From: Chloroflexota bacterium
GTDB lineage: Bacteria > Chloroflexota > Dehalococcoidia > Lucifugimonadales > Lucifugimonadaceae
Assembly: GCA_002714425.1 (NCBI GenBank)
Contig: PAXI01000005.1
Location: 100,877-164,876, forward strand
Reading direction: 5' to 3'
DNA: 64,000 nucleotides
In this document: positions 28,990 to 37,624 of the stretch, piece after piece
How the letters are laid out: each line of letters opens with the position of its first letter
Position numbering within the stretch: position 1 is the first letter of the stretch
Notes under the pieces: model-generated
Databases searched by the model: none
What the model was told of the DNA's origin: nothing
Seen by the model: the letters and a program-made list of their open reading frames with translations, nothing else
Program-made: the position numbers and the translations under genes

Positions 28990-30156
28990 ATGAAATTTGC
29001 TAAACGAGTTGAACAATTACCACCATATCTTTTTGTTAACATATCAAGGGCTATTGCAGAAAAAAAGAAACAAGGAATTGATGTTATATCTTTTGGAATT
29101 GGCGATCCAGATATCCCCACTCCTCAAAAAGTTTTAGATGCGCTTGTAGATTCAGCAAAAAAACCTGAAAATCATAAATATCCTGAAAGTGAAGGACTTC
29201 CAGAATTTCGTATGGCTGTAGCTAAATTTTACAAAAATAGATTTAATGTAAATTTAGATTATGAAACTGAAATAATTAATTTAATTGGTGCAAAAGAGGG
29301 TATTGCACATGCTGCCCTATGCTTTATTGACCCAGGAGACATTTCATTAAGTACTAATCCGGCATATCCTGTATATGAAATAGGGACTATGTTTGCTGGA
29401 GGACAAACTCACTTTTTGAATTTAGAAGAAAAAAATCAATATCTCGTTGATTTTAATTCAATTCCTACTGAGATAGCTAAAAAAGCAAAAACATTATGGT
29501 TAAATTATCCAAACAACCCAACAGGGGCTATTGCTCCTATGTCATTTTTTAAAGAAGCAGTTAAATTCTGCAAAGAATTTGATATAGCATTACTACATGA
29601 TGCTGCTTACACGGAAGTAACTTATGATGATTATGTTGCTCCAAGTATTTTACAGGTTGAGGGAGCTATGGACATCGCGATGGAATTTCACTCTTTATCA
29701 AAGACTGCTAATATGACTGGTTGGAGAGTAGGTATGGCTGCAGGCAATAAAGATATGGTTAATGCTCTTATGAGAGTAAAATCAAACATAGATTCTGGTT
29801 TATCCCAATCAAATCAATATATGGGAATAGCAGCGTTGAAACTTAGCGATGATTGGTATAAGCAAAACAATGAAATTTATAAAAGAAGAAGAGATAAAGT
29901 AGTAGATGTATTAAACAGTATTGGAGTAAAAACAGTAAAGCCTAAAGGAGGCTTATACATATGGACTCCTGTACCAAAAGGTTATACATCTGCTGAATTT
30001 GCAGAAAAATTACTAAACGAAGCAAATGTAGTAGTAACTCCAGGGAATGGATATGGCGATGCAGGTGAAGGTTATATTAGACTCTCATTAACTATTCCTG
30101 ACGACCAAATCGATGAAGGATTAAGTCGACTGTCTAAAATTAGAGTTAGCTCCTAA
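28990..30156 (+). CDS. dapL: LL-diaminopimelate aminotransferase-type class I aminotransferase
   Basis: 388 aa. N-terminus MKFAKRVEQLPPYLF...GIGDPD and PLP-Lys motif HSLSKTANMTGWRVG. Adjacent to dapF. Confidence 0.75.
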   Translation: MKFAKRVEQLPPYLFVNISRAIAEKKKQGIDVISFGIGDPDIPTPQKVLDALVDSAKKPENHKYPESEGLPEFRMAVAKFYKNRFNVNLDYETEIINLIGAKEGIAHAALCFIDPGDISLSTNPAYPVYEIGTMFAGGQTHFLNLEEKNQYLVDFNSIPTEIAKKAKTLWLNYPNNPTGAIAPMSFFKEAVKFCKEFDIALLHDAAYTEVTYDDYVAPSILQVEGAMDIAMEFHSLSKTANMTGWRVGMAAGNKDMVNALMRVKSNIDSGLSQSNQYMGIAALKLSDDWYKQNNEIYKRRRDKVVDVLNSIGVKTVKPKGGLYIWTPVPKGYTSAEFAEKLLNEANVVVTPGNGYGDAGEGYIRLSLTIPDDQIDEGLSRLSKIRVSS

Positions 30157-30167
30157 AATAATACTTA

Positions 30168-31307
30168 ATGCCTAAACATAAAACCTACAAAACAGGACCG
30201 TTCTTTGAAAGAGCAGTGCTTGTTGGCATAAGCTTAAGAAACAACGAGAGTAATTGGAGTACGAAGGATTCTCTTTCAGAACTTTCTCAACTAGCGATAG
30301 CAGCACAAACTAATCCGATTACTCGATTTTCACAATCATTAAATTCGCCTAGTCAAACATATTTAGGAAAAGGTAAATTAAACGAACTAAAAGATTTGAT
30401 AGGTGAAAAAAAAATAAACGTTGCAATTTTCGATGATGAATTGAATCCGAATCAACAAAGAATGCTAGAGGACCACCTAAAAATAAAGGTTATTGATAGA
30501 ACTGCACTGATTATAGATGTGTTTGCACAAAGAGCAAATACAAAAGAAGGGCGTTTACAAATTGAATTAGCCCAAACAGAATATTTATTACCTAGATTAG
30601 CTGGTCAATGGTCACATCTAGAGAGATTAGGTGGCGGTGTTGGAACTAGAGGACCAGGAGAAACTCAAATTGAAACTGACAGGAGATTAGTTAGAAAAAA
30701 AATTAGTAAAATAAAAAAAGAAATAGATAGAATACAAAATCAAAGAGAAAACCAAAGAATTAATAGATATCAGAATTTTATTAAAAATATTTCTTTAGTT
30801 GGATATACAAATGCAGGTAAATCAGCCCTATTTAATAATTTGACAAGTTCAAAAGTAATCGAAAAGAATCAATTGTTTTCAACCTTAGATACCACTTCAA
30901 GAAAGCTATACATAAACACAGATCTAAACTGCATAATAAGTGATACTGTTGGGTTTGTAAATAAACTTCCACCCATATTAGTAGCTGCCTTTAGAACAAC
31001 CCTTGAGGAGTCGATTAATTCTCAGTTACTGTTACATATTTCAGATATTTCTAGCCCTTACCTGATACAGCAAATTATTATAGTCAATAAACAACTAGCC
31101 GAACTAGGAATAGGGGATAAACCAAAAATTCTGGTTCTAAATAAAAAAGACCTTATAAGTGAAAATGAATACGAACCAATAGATAATAATTTATATAAAA
31201 AAATTAATCAAACTGGAATAAAGTATGAAGATATAATACTAGCTTCTGCTCAAGAAAACTGGGGCATAAAAGAAATCAAATCATCGATACACCAACACTT
31301 CAATTAG
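30168..31307 (+). CDS. hflX: GTPase HflX
   Basis: 379 aa. HflX N-domain (RLQIELAQ..LPRL), G1 GYTNAGKS, G3 DTVGF and G4 NKKD. Confidence 0.9.
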   Translation: MPKHKTYKTGPFFERAVLVGISLRNNESNWSTKDSLSELSQLAIAAQTNPITRFSQSLNSPSQTYLGKGKLNELKDLIGEKKINVAIFDDELNPNQQRMLEDHLKIKVIDRTALIIDVFAQRANTKEGRLQIELAQTEYLLPRLAGQWSHLERLGGGVGTRGPGETQIETDRRLVRKKISKIKKEIDRIQNQRENQRINRYQNFIKNISLVGYTNAGKSALFNNLTSSKVIEKNQLFSTLDTTSRKLYINTDLNCIISDTVGFVNKLPPILVAAFRTTLEESINSQLLLHISDISSPYLIQQIIIVNKQLAELGIGDKPKILVLNKKDLISENEYEPIDNNLYKKINQTGIKYEDIILASAQENWGIKEIKSSIHQHFN

Positions 31308-31397
31308 TTTAATCCTATGTAACGTCGCACTATCATTGTTATGTAAAGTTGGCAGTAGTACTAGAATCCTAAACTAAATCCGAGTAAAATATATAGT

Positions 31398-32609
31398 ATG
31401 AAAAAAATTCTAACTATATTACTAATAACCATTCTAGTTATTGCTTGTTCTGACAATTCGAATCAAACTAGTAATGATGAAAATTCAAATAATGGAAACC
31501 CTAATAAAAATATAAAAATCTCTGACGAACTAATGATTATCTGGGAGGCCTATGAAATATTATCCGAAGAATACATAGATAAGGAAAATCTAAAGCCTGA
31601 AATTCTTGCCGAAGAAGCAATTAGAGGCATGTTGAATTCTCTAAATGACCCCTACACATCATATGTGCCTCCTGAGACCTTTAAAATCGACCAAGAAACT
31701 TTTATGGGACATTTTGCTGGTATAGGTGCAAATGTAGAACTCTCTCCGGATAATAACGGAATACTAATTACAAAAACTCACTCAGATACTCCAGCAGAAG
31801 CCTCTGGAATAAAAGCTGGAGATAGAATAATACGAATTGATGGTGAAGACTCCACAAAAATGACTTTGAGTGAAGCTGTAAACAAAATTAGAGGGGAAAA
31901 AGATACCCCAGTTACTCTGACCATTATGAGAATTGGAGTAGAAAGTGAACTTGACATAACAATTGTAAGGGGCATCATAGATACCCCAAGCGTTCAATCA
32001 TATGAAATACCTGATTCAGATTTTGTTAGAATCGTTATTTCCCAGTTTACAGCCAAGACTCACGATGAAATTATTAAGATTATTGATAAATTTATAAATG
32101 AAAATATCAAAGGCTTTGTTTTGGATTTACGAGGTAACCCTGGAGGACTTCTAAGTTCTACAGTAAACGTTGCCTCCCTATTCATAGACGAAGGATTAAT
32201 TACATACGAAATAACCTCTGATGGCAATCGGGAAGAATGGAAAGTCAGAAAAACAAAAGATTATAAAAACATACCAATTGTTACATTAGTTGACAGATAT
32301 TCAGCAAGTGGATCTGAAGTTTTGGCTGGTGCATTACAAGATCATGAAAGGTCTATAATAATTGGTGAAAAAACTTTTGGCAAAGGTAGCGTCAATATGA
32401 TGAGTTCTCTATCAAATGATGGAGGCGTATATATAACTATAGGAAGATGGTATACCCCAATGGGTAGGCAAATCGAAGGGCTAGGAATAGAACCTGATTT
32501 AATTATTGAAAACAAATTATTATCTGAATCCAATGCATATGATAATAATTTTACTGATCTACAGTTAAATGCAGCTATTACACAATTAAATTACGAGATA
32601 AATAACTAA
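31398..32609 (+). CDS. ctpA: C-terminal processing (S41) peptidase, lipoprotein
   Basis: 403 aa. Lipobox VIAC, PDZ region, catalytic SASGSE Ser motif and TFGKG Lys motif. Confidence 0.85.
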   Translation: MKKILTILLITILVIACSDNSNQTSNDENSNNGNPNKNIKISDELMIIWEAYEILSEEYIDKENLKPEILAEEAIRGMLNSLNDPYTSYVPPETFKIDQETFMGHFAGIGANVELSPDNNGILITKTHSDTPAEASGIKAGDRIIRIDGEDSTKMTLSEAVNKIRGEKDTPVTLTIMRIGVESELDITIVRGIIDTPSVQSYEIPDSDFVRIVISQFTAKTHDEIIKIIDKFINENIKGFVLDLRGNPGGLLSSTVNVASLFIDEGLITYEITSDGNREEWKVRKTKDYKNIPIVTLVDRYSASGSEVLAGALQDHERSIIIGEKTFGKGSVNMMSSLSNDGGVYITIGRWYTPMGRQIEGLGIEPDLIIENKLLSESNAYDNNFTDLQLNAAITQLNYEINN

Positions 32610-32610
32610 T

Positions 32611-33087
32611 ATGAAACAAAAAAATTCAAGTCTAGCAACAAATCGTAAAGCGAGATATGATTACTCCGTAACAGAAACTTTTGAAGCAGGATTAGTACTC
32701 CTAGGTACAGAAATAAAATCTATTCGAGAAGGAAAAATAAGTATTTCTGAAGGCTATATTTACATAAAAAATAATGAAGCTTGGTTAGAAAATGCAAATA
32801 TACCGACTTATTCACCCGCAGGAGAACTTAACCAACATGATCCGTATAGATCGAAAAAATTATTACTCACAAAAAAACAAATAAATTACATTAAAAGTGA
32901 AATTGAAAAATCTGGATATTCTGCTATACCTCTAAAAATATATATTAAGAATAGAGTAGCCAAATTGCTATTGGGATTAGGAAAAGGCAAGAGACAATAT
33001 GATAAAAGAGAAGTTATAAAAAAGAGGGATTCCAACAGAACAATTGAACGTGCAATGAAAAAAAAATTATCAGATTTTCAAAAGTAA
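32611..33087 (+). CDS. smpB: SsrA-binding protein
   Basis: 158 aa. NRKARYDY, GTEIKSIR and a basic GKRQYDKR C-terminal tail. Directly upstream of ssrA. Confidence 0.95.
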   Translation: MKQKNSSLATNRKARYDYSVTETFEAGLVLLGTEIKSIREGKISISEGYIYIKNNEAWLENANIPTYSPAGELNQHDPYRSKKLLLTKKQINYIKSEIEKSGYSAIPLKIYIKNRVAKLLLGLGKGKRQYDKREVIKKRDSNRTIERAMKKKLSDFQK

Positions 33088-33113
33088 CACACATGTATAT
33101 ATAATAGTCATAT

Positions 33114-33469
33114 GGGGACGCGTGGTTTAGACAGGAATTTAGTTTTTTGATTTGCGGGTCGTGGCGCCGTGCACCACGTAAAAAGCGGCAAAATTATAAA
33201 TGGCGATAAAGAATTCGCTCTCGCTGCTTAATAAATAGTTAGCGACGTTCAAAAATTTTTTTGCTCGATGGAAATTTTTGAGCGACGATTAGTCGAGCTG
33301 CCTTGTATGAGTTGTTAGTATCATACAATTAAGCACCCACTAACTGGTCATTGTAATTTGTGCCGACGGGATTGTTACAATGATAAGAATTTTTCCGACG
33401 GCTACACTCGTAGAGGTCAAAATTTTAACTTTTCTGGACGGGGAGTTCAACTCTCCCCCGTCTCCACCA
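33114..33469 (+). ncRNA. ssrA: tmRNA (ssrA), one-piece; tag reading frame 33202-33228 encodes (A)GDKEFALAA followed by a double TAA
   Basis: 5' GGGGACG pairs with 3' CGTCTCC-ACCA, including the G3:U alanine identity pair. T-arm GGGGAGTTCAACTCTCCCC. GC-rich island in AT-rich DNA. Canonical ...ALAA tag end. Confidence 0.95.
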
Positions 33470-34117
33470 TTATTGATTATTTAGAGTGTAATTTTCTACG
33501 GAACCTGAAAAAATTACTTTACCGCTATCCATATGTATTATTTCATCGGAAAATAATATTGCTGAATCTATATCATGTGTAACTAATATTATGGTCTTAT
33601 CGAATGATTGTATTTCCCTAAGTAATTTGTAAAAATCTAGTTTAGATGCTTGATCAATTGAAGACAATGGTTCGTCCATTATGATTATATCCCTAGATTG
33701 AGATAGACAAAATGCAAGCCAAACCCTTTGTTTTTCACCCTCAGACAAATCATAAAAATATTTTGAATATAATTTCTCAATACCACATTGAGAAAGATAT
33801 TTATCGAGTAGTTTATATTTATATTTTTTTTCGATATTTAATAATGTCATGCCAGATAGTACTATTTCATAAACTTTGAGAAAAGGAGGATCTTGTATTG
33901 TTTGAGGAATATATGAAATTTTTTCAGAAATAGGCGCAATGATTTGCCCACTTGTGGGATATATATTTGAGGTTAAGAGGCTTAGTAAAGTAGTCTTGCC
34001 AGACCCATTAGATCCAACAACACTTGTAAATTTTTCAGGAGCTATAGAAAAATCAACATTGTCTAAAATTTTCACATTATTAACAATATAATCTACATTT
34101 TTAAAAAACATTTTCAT
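33470..34117 (-). CDS. ABC transporter ATP-binding protein (FecE/BtuD-like)
   Basis: 215 aa. Walker A GSNGSGKTT, signature LSEGEKQRV and Walker B IIIMDEP. The stop codon abuts the tmRNA CCA end. Confidence 0.85.
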   Translation of the reverse strand: MKMFFKNVDYIVNNVKILDNVDFSIAPEKFTSVVGSNGSGKTTLLSLLTSNIYPTSGQIIAPISEKISYIPQTIQDPPFLKVYEIVLSGMTLLNIEKKYKYKLLDKYLSQCGIEKLYSKYFYDLSEGEKQRVWLAFCLSQSRDIIIMDEPLSSIDQASKLDFYKLLREIQSFDKTIILVTHDIDSAILFSDEIIHMDSGKVIFSGSVENYTLNNQ

Positions 34118-35094
34118 TTTAGTTTTAGCCTGTAACCTATATAAATCATTAATGGCGCTGCGAATGCTGTAGTTATCATTCCAACTGGCAACTCTGAGGG
34201 AGAAAATAAACTTCTAGCAATTTGATCTGCAAAAAGAACAAATACTCCCCCAATTAATGTAGTTAAAAATAATAGTTTTTTAGAATCATTTCCTATAATA
34301 TTTCTTGCTATATGAGGAGATAATAGACCTACAAAACCAACAATACCTGCTGCATAAACTGAGCTTGATGCAAGTACTCCAGCTATAGTTATACAAACTA
34401 ATCTTGATTTTGCTGGGTTAACTCCTAATGTTTTTGCAAGAGTATCTCCCAAAAGTAATGGTGTAAAAGACCTAATAAAAAATATTGAAACGACTATTGA
34501 AAATATAAATACAAAAAGAGTATAAATTAATATTTCCCAACTACTAGATGAAAAAGATCCGGATATTAGGCCTAAGGCCTGAGAAGGAAAAACCTTACCA
34601 TATGACACTACTCCTGTGCTAAGAGCGACACTAATTGCGCCTAAGGCAATACCAATAATTGTAATTTTTATCGGGGGGAAATCTTTTTTATATAATATTG
34701 CTATAAGGACAGAAGAAACAACTAATCCTCCAATAATACTTGAAATAAATAAATTAATATTACTAAAACTTATAATTCCTGCAACAACAAAAGCTTTGAA
34801 AAAACTTGCTCCTCCTCCTACTCCAAAAATATGAGGATCTCCAAATGGAGAGCGCGTTGAAAATTGTATAAGAGCCCCAGAGAGACCTAGGCTACAACCA
34901 GCTATAAAACTACATAGTATTCTAGGAATTCTGATATCCCAAATAATTGTGTAGAGAAGATTTTCTTGGTCGCGATTTATTATTACAGAAATAACTTCTA
35001 TTAGAGAATTATCATAAGCACCCTTAGTTAGCCCCCAGTACACTGAAATAAGCGAGAGAGTTACCAAGAGTGCATATGAATAATTTTTTTTCAA
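34114..35094 (-). CDS. FecCD/BtuC-family ABC permease
   Basis: 326 aa, about 9-10 TM helices. RIPRIL.. and GxxGFVGL..PH motifs typical of FecCD. 4-nt overlap with the ATPase gene. Confidence 0.85.
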   Translation of the reverse strand: MKKNYSYALLVTLSLISVYWGLTKGAYDNSLIEVISVIINRDQENLLYTIIWDIRIPRILCSFIAGCSLGLSGALIQFSTRSPFGDPHIFGVGGGASFFKAFVVAGIISFSNINLFISSIIGGLVVSSVLIAILYKKDFPPIKITIIGIALGAISVALSTGVVSYGKVFPSQALGLISGSFSSSSWEILIYTLFVFIFSIVVSIFFIRSFTPLLLGDTLAKTLGVNPAKSRLVCITIAGVLASSSVYAAGIVGFVGLLSPHIARNIIGNDSKKLLFLTTLIGGVFVLFADQIARSLFSPSELPVGMITTAFAAPLMIYIGYRLKLK

Positions 35095-35103
35095 TTATTA
35101 GAC

Positions 35104-36096
35104 TTAAAAGTTTTCTTTCATAAAAGCCACAGCGTCAACAATTCTCGGTCCTGGTGAGTTAAGAAATATTACGACATCTGATTCAATAACCTTGTTTGTT
35201 TGCATAGCTTTCAAACCCTTGAATGGAGGAATAAAGCCTAAAGACTGAGATAGCCTAGGAGCAGGTTCAGGAGCAGGCGTTATTGTGAAAATCATATCAG
35301 GATTTGCCCTCAATATTTGCTCTGTGGACATAAGTGCGAAACCTGGATAAGGACCACTATCTTCAGCATCTCCTGCTGCATTTTCAAGACCTGCTAAACT
35401 TGCAATCAAACCAGTATATGATTTTTTAGTAGCTGCATACAAATTTTGATCTTGATCTCCTATTAACATTAAAGCAGTTTTACCTTCTGCTCCAGTGCCG
35501 TATGTCACTAGGTCTTGTTTTATAACGTCTACTACACTCTCAGCATATCCTGTGTCTCCAAGAATAGTTCCTACATTTGTTAATGATTTGTATAAATCAT
35601 CAATAGTTTCTATCTTTATTGCAAACACTTTTAAACCTAACTGTTGCAATTGACCTATAAATCTTGACTGAGTTAATGCTTCGATAATAACTAGGTCGGG
35701 ATTTTGTGCAACTAAATCTTCAATAGACGGGTCATATGAACTACCTACGCTTGGTAAACTATTTACCTCTGCAGGATATCTAGAAGCCCTATCTCTTATG
35801 ACTGAAGTACCTCCAGCCTTATATAAGATTTCAGTAGCACTTGGACTAATTGTTGCAATTCTGCTTGGAACTGAGTCAAAAGACACTTTATTTCCAAGAG
35901 CATCAATTACAGAAAATTCCACTTTGAGCTCTTCAGTTTTTTTTGCTGGTAATGGGTCAGCAGCTGGCTCAGGTTCCTTTGCTGGCGCAGCTTCTGCAGC
36001 AGCCATAGGCTGTACAGGCTTTGAAGATGAATCTTCTACTCCAGATGAGCAAGCTAAGGATAAGATTAAGACCATTAATAATAACAATTTTAACAT
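35104..36096 (-). CDS. periplasmic-binding-protein type 2 (BtuF/siderophore/haem-type) substrate-binding lipoprotein
   Basis: 330 aa. Lipobox LSLAC, an Ala/Pro/Glu-rich linker, then a Peripla_BP_2-like domain (IATISPSATEILY...PDLVI). Confidence 0.8.
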   Translation of the reverse strand: MLKLLLLMVLILSLACSSGVEDSSSKPVQPMAAAEAAPAKEPEPAADPLPAKKTEELKVEFSVIDALGNKVSFDSVPSRIATISPSATEILYKAGGTSVIRDRASRYPAEVNSLPSVGSSYDPSIEDLVAQNPDLVIIEALTQSRFIGQLQQLGLKVFAIKIETIDDLYKSLTNVGTILGDTGYAESVVDVIKQDLVTYGTGAEGKTALMLIGDQDQNLYAATKKSYTGLIASLAGLENAAGDAEDSGPYPGFALMSTEQILRANPDMIFTITPAPEPAPRLSQSLGFIPPFKGLKAMQTNKVIESDVVIFLNSPGPRIVDAVAFMKENF

Positions 36097-36459
36097 TTTA
36101 TTTAATTCCCTAATGAATAGTTTACTTATTTAGTACACTTTAATTTTACTAATTTTAAACTACTTTTGTAGTATAAATTTTATAAATTTTTACAATTTTT
36201 CTAGATGACATAACAAGTATGATATGGTAATATTTAACTTTTCCCTTGTATACTCTTAAAATACACTCTCTCATTAGTCACTTAGTGGTAAATAAAAATT
36301 CAAAATAAACTAAATATAAATGACAGAAAAGTTTATCACGGATGGTATATAGCATTTGTATCCTTTATTTCTATAGGAACTGTTCTTGGTACAACTCAAT
36401 TCGTATTCGGACTTTTTATAATCCCATTTGAAGAAGAATTTGGCTGGTCAAGAACCGAA

Positions 36460-37560
36460 GTGAATTTGGCATTAACTTTTGGAGGTGTAACTTCGTCCTT
36501 AATTTCTCCCTTTATAGGAAACATCTTAGATAAATATGGTCCAAGAAAAACTATGATTATTTCGATATTTTTAGTTGCAATTGGATTTTTACTAAGATCT
36601 CAAACCCAAAATTTAATGTCATTATATATTTTTACTATCCTAATGTTTTTAGGAGTACCTGGTTCGACAATAATGCCGGCATCAAAATTAATAATTACAT
36701 GGTTTCCAAAAACAACCGGGAGAATGATGGGAGGTGTCACATCAGGGAATAATTTAGGAAGCGCCTTTGCAGTACCTGCAGTTGCAACCCTACTAACAAT
36801 ATTTGGGTGGCGTTTAACTCATTTAATTATTGGTTTGTCATTGATAATATTACTTTTCATAATTTTATTCATAGTAAAGGATGATAATAAAAAACTTATA
36901 AGTAAAAAATATCCTTCAAGAAAAAAAGATCAATTATTATCACCTAAATCTAAGATATTGGAAAATATATATAGAAACCAAATATTTTGGTTGATAATTC
37001 TAGGCATGACTTTGCAACAATTTTTGAGATTTGGAGTAGTTAGTCAATTAATCCCTCACTTTGATCAAATTGGTTTATCATTGTCTATAGCTTCTGGATT
37101 AATGATCATTCTCTCAATAGGAGGAGCCTCGAGTAAACTTATATTTGGACCATTAAGTGAAAAAATAACAGCAAGAATAGCTTTCATATTAATAATGATT
37201 CTCCAAACTATTGGACTACTAATATTACTTTACTCTGAATCTATAATGTTCATTTGGATATCAATTACTATTATGGGATTAGGAATGGGGGGTGTTGGGG
37301 CATTAACACCCTTAGTGTTCTCAGAAATTTTTGGAACAAAAAATTTAGGTCAAATTATAGGAGTAAGTAGAGTTGGTCTAGTTGCGCCTGCAATAGCTGG
37401 ACCTTTATTAGCAGGATTGATTTATGATAATTATAATAACTATAAATATTTGTTTTGGATTATGATTGCTTTGCTTATATTATCAATTATATGCTTTATC
37501 TTAGCTTCCCTTATGCATAAAAACACTCATAGAAATATTTCAAAACCCAGCATTAAATAA
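36460..37560 (+). CDS. MFS transporter (oxalate/formate-antiporter-like); the true 5' end almost certainly lies upstream (about 36298-36322)
   Basis: The ORF-track GTG start removes TM1. The same frame is open from 36292 and encodes a typical MFS N-terminus, ...DRKVYHGWYIAFVSFISIGTVLG.... Confidence 0.75.
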   Translation: MNLALTFGGVTSSLISPFIGNILDKYGPRKTMIISIFLVAIGFLLRSQTQNLMSLYIFTILMFLGVPGSTIMPASKLIITWFPKTTGRMMGGVTSGNNLGSAFAVPAVATLLTIFGWRLTHLIIGLSLIILLFIILFIVKDDNKKLISKKYPSRKKDQLLSPKSKILENIYRNQIFWLIILGMTLQQFLRFGVVSQLIPHFDQIGLSLSIASGLMIILSIGGASSKLIFGPLSEKITARIAFILIMILQTIGLLILLYSESIMFIWISITIMGLGMGGVGALTPLVFSEIFGTKNLGQIIGVSRVGLVAPAIAGPLLAGLIYDNYNNYKYLFWIMIALLILSIICFILASLMHKNTHRNISKPSIK

Positions 37561-37590
37561 AAAAAGAGAACACCAGCGTCCTCTTTTTTT
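37559..37590. terminator. bidirectional intrinsic-terminator-like hairpin between the convergent MFS and znuA genes
   Basis: A-tract, then a 7-bp stem (AGAGAAC/GTCCTCT; fully paired with one G:U on the minus-strand transcript), a 6-nt loop and a T6 tract. It sits in the only convergent junction in the window that has a spacer. Confidence 0.5.
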
Positions 37591-37624
37591 ATTAAGTGGA
37601 AGATTGGTCACAAACTTCCAATTT

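Noticed and set aside
31308-31397. Small RNA between hflX and ctpA
   Set aside because: There is no convincing stem-loop, no terminator and no compositional island. It is most simply the ctpA promoter and 5' UTR.
33358-33582. 74-aa plus-strand ORF
   Set aside because: It overlaps the 3' third of the tmRNA and the end of the convergent ATPase gene. It is explained by the GC-rich structured RNA and is not a gene.
33470-36096. Genomic island integrated at ssrA
   Set aside because: There is no integrase. I could find no direct repeat of the tmRNA 3' end downstream, and the content is an ordinary ABC importer. Only the compositional oddity of the SBP gene remains, and it is reported separately at low interest.
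35798-36133. 111-aa Ala/Gly/Ser-rich ORF antisense to the SBP gene
   Set aside because: It is a shadow of the Ala/Pro/Glu-rich linker-coding region and runs across the SBP start codon.
36097-36320. Cobalamin or other riboswitch upstream of the BtuF-like operon
   Set aside because: The region is uniformly AT-rich. No B12-box-like GC-rich core or extended helices are visible on the minus strand.
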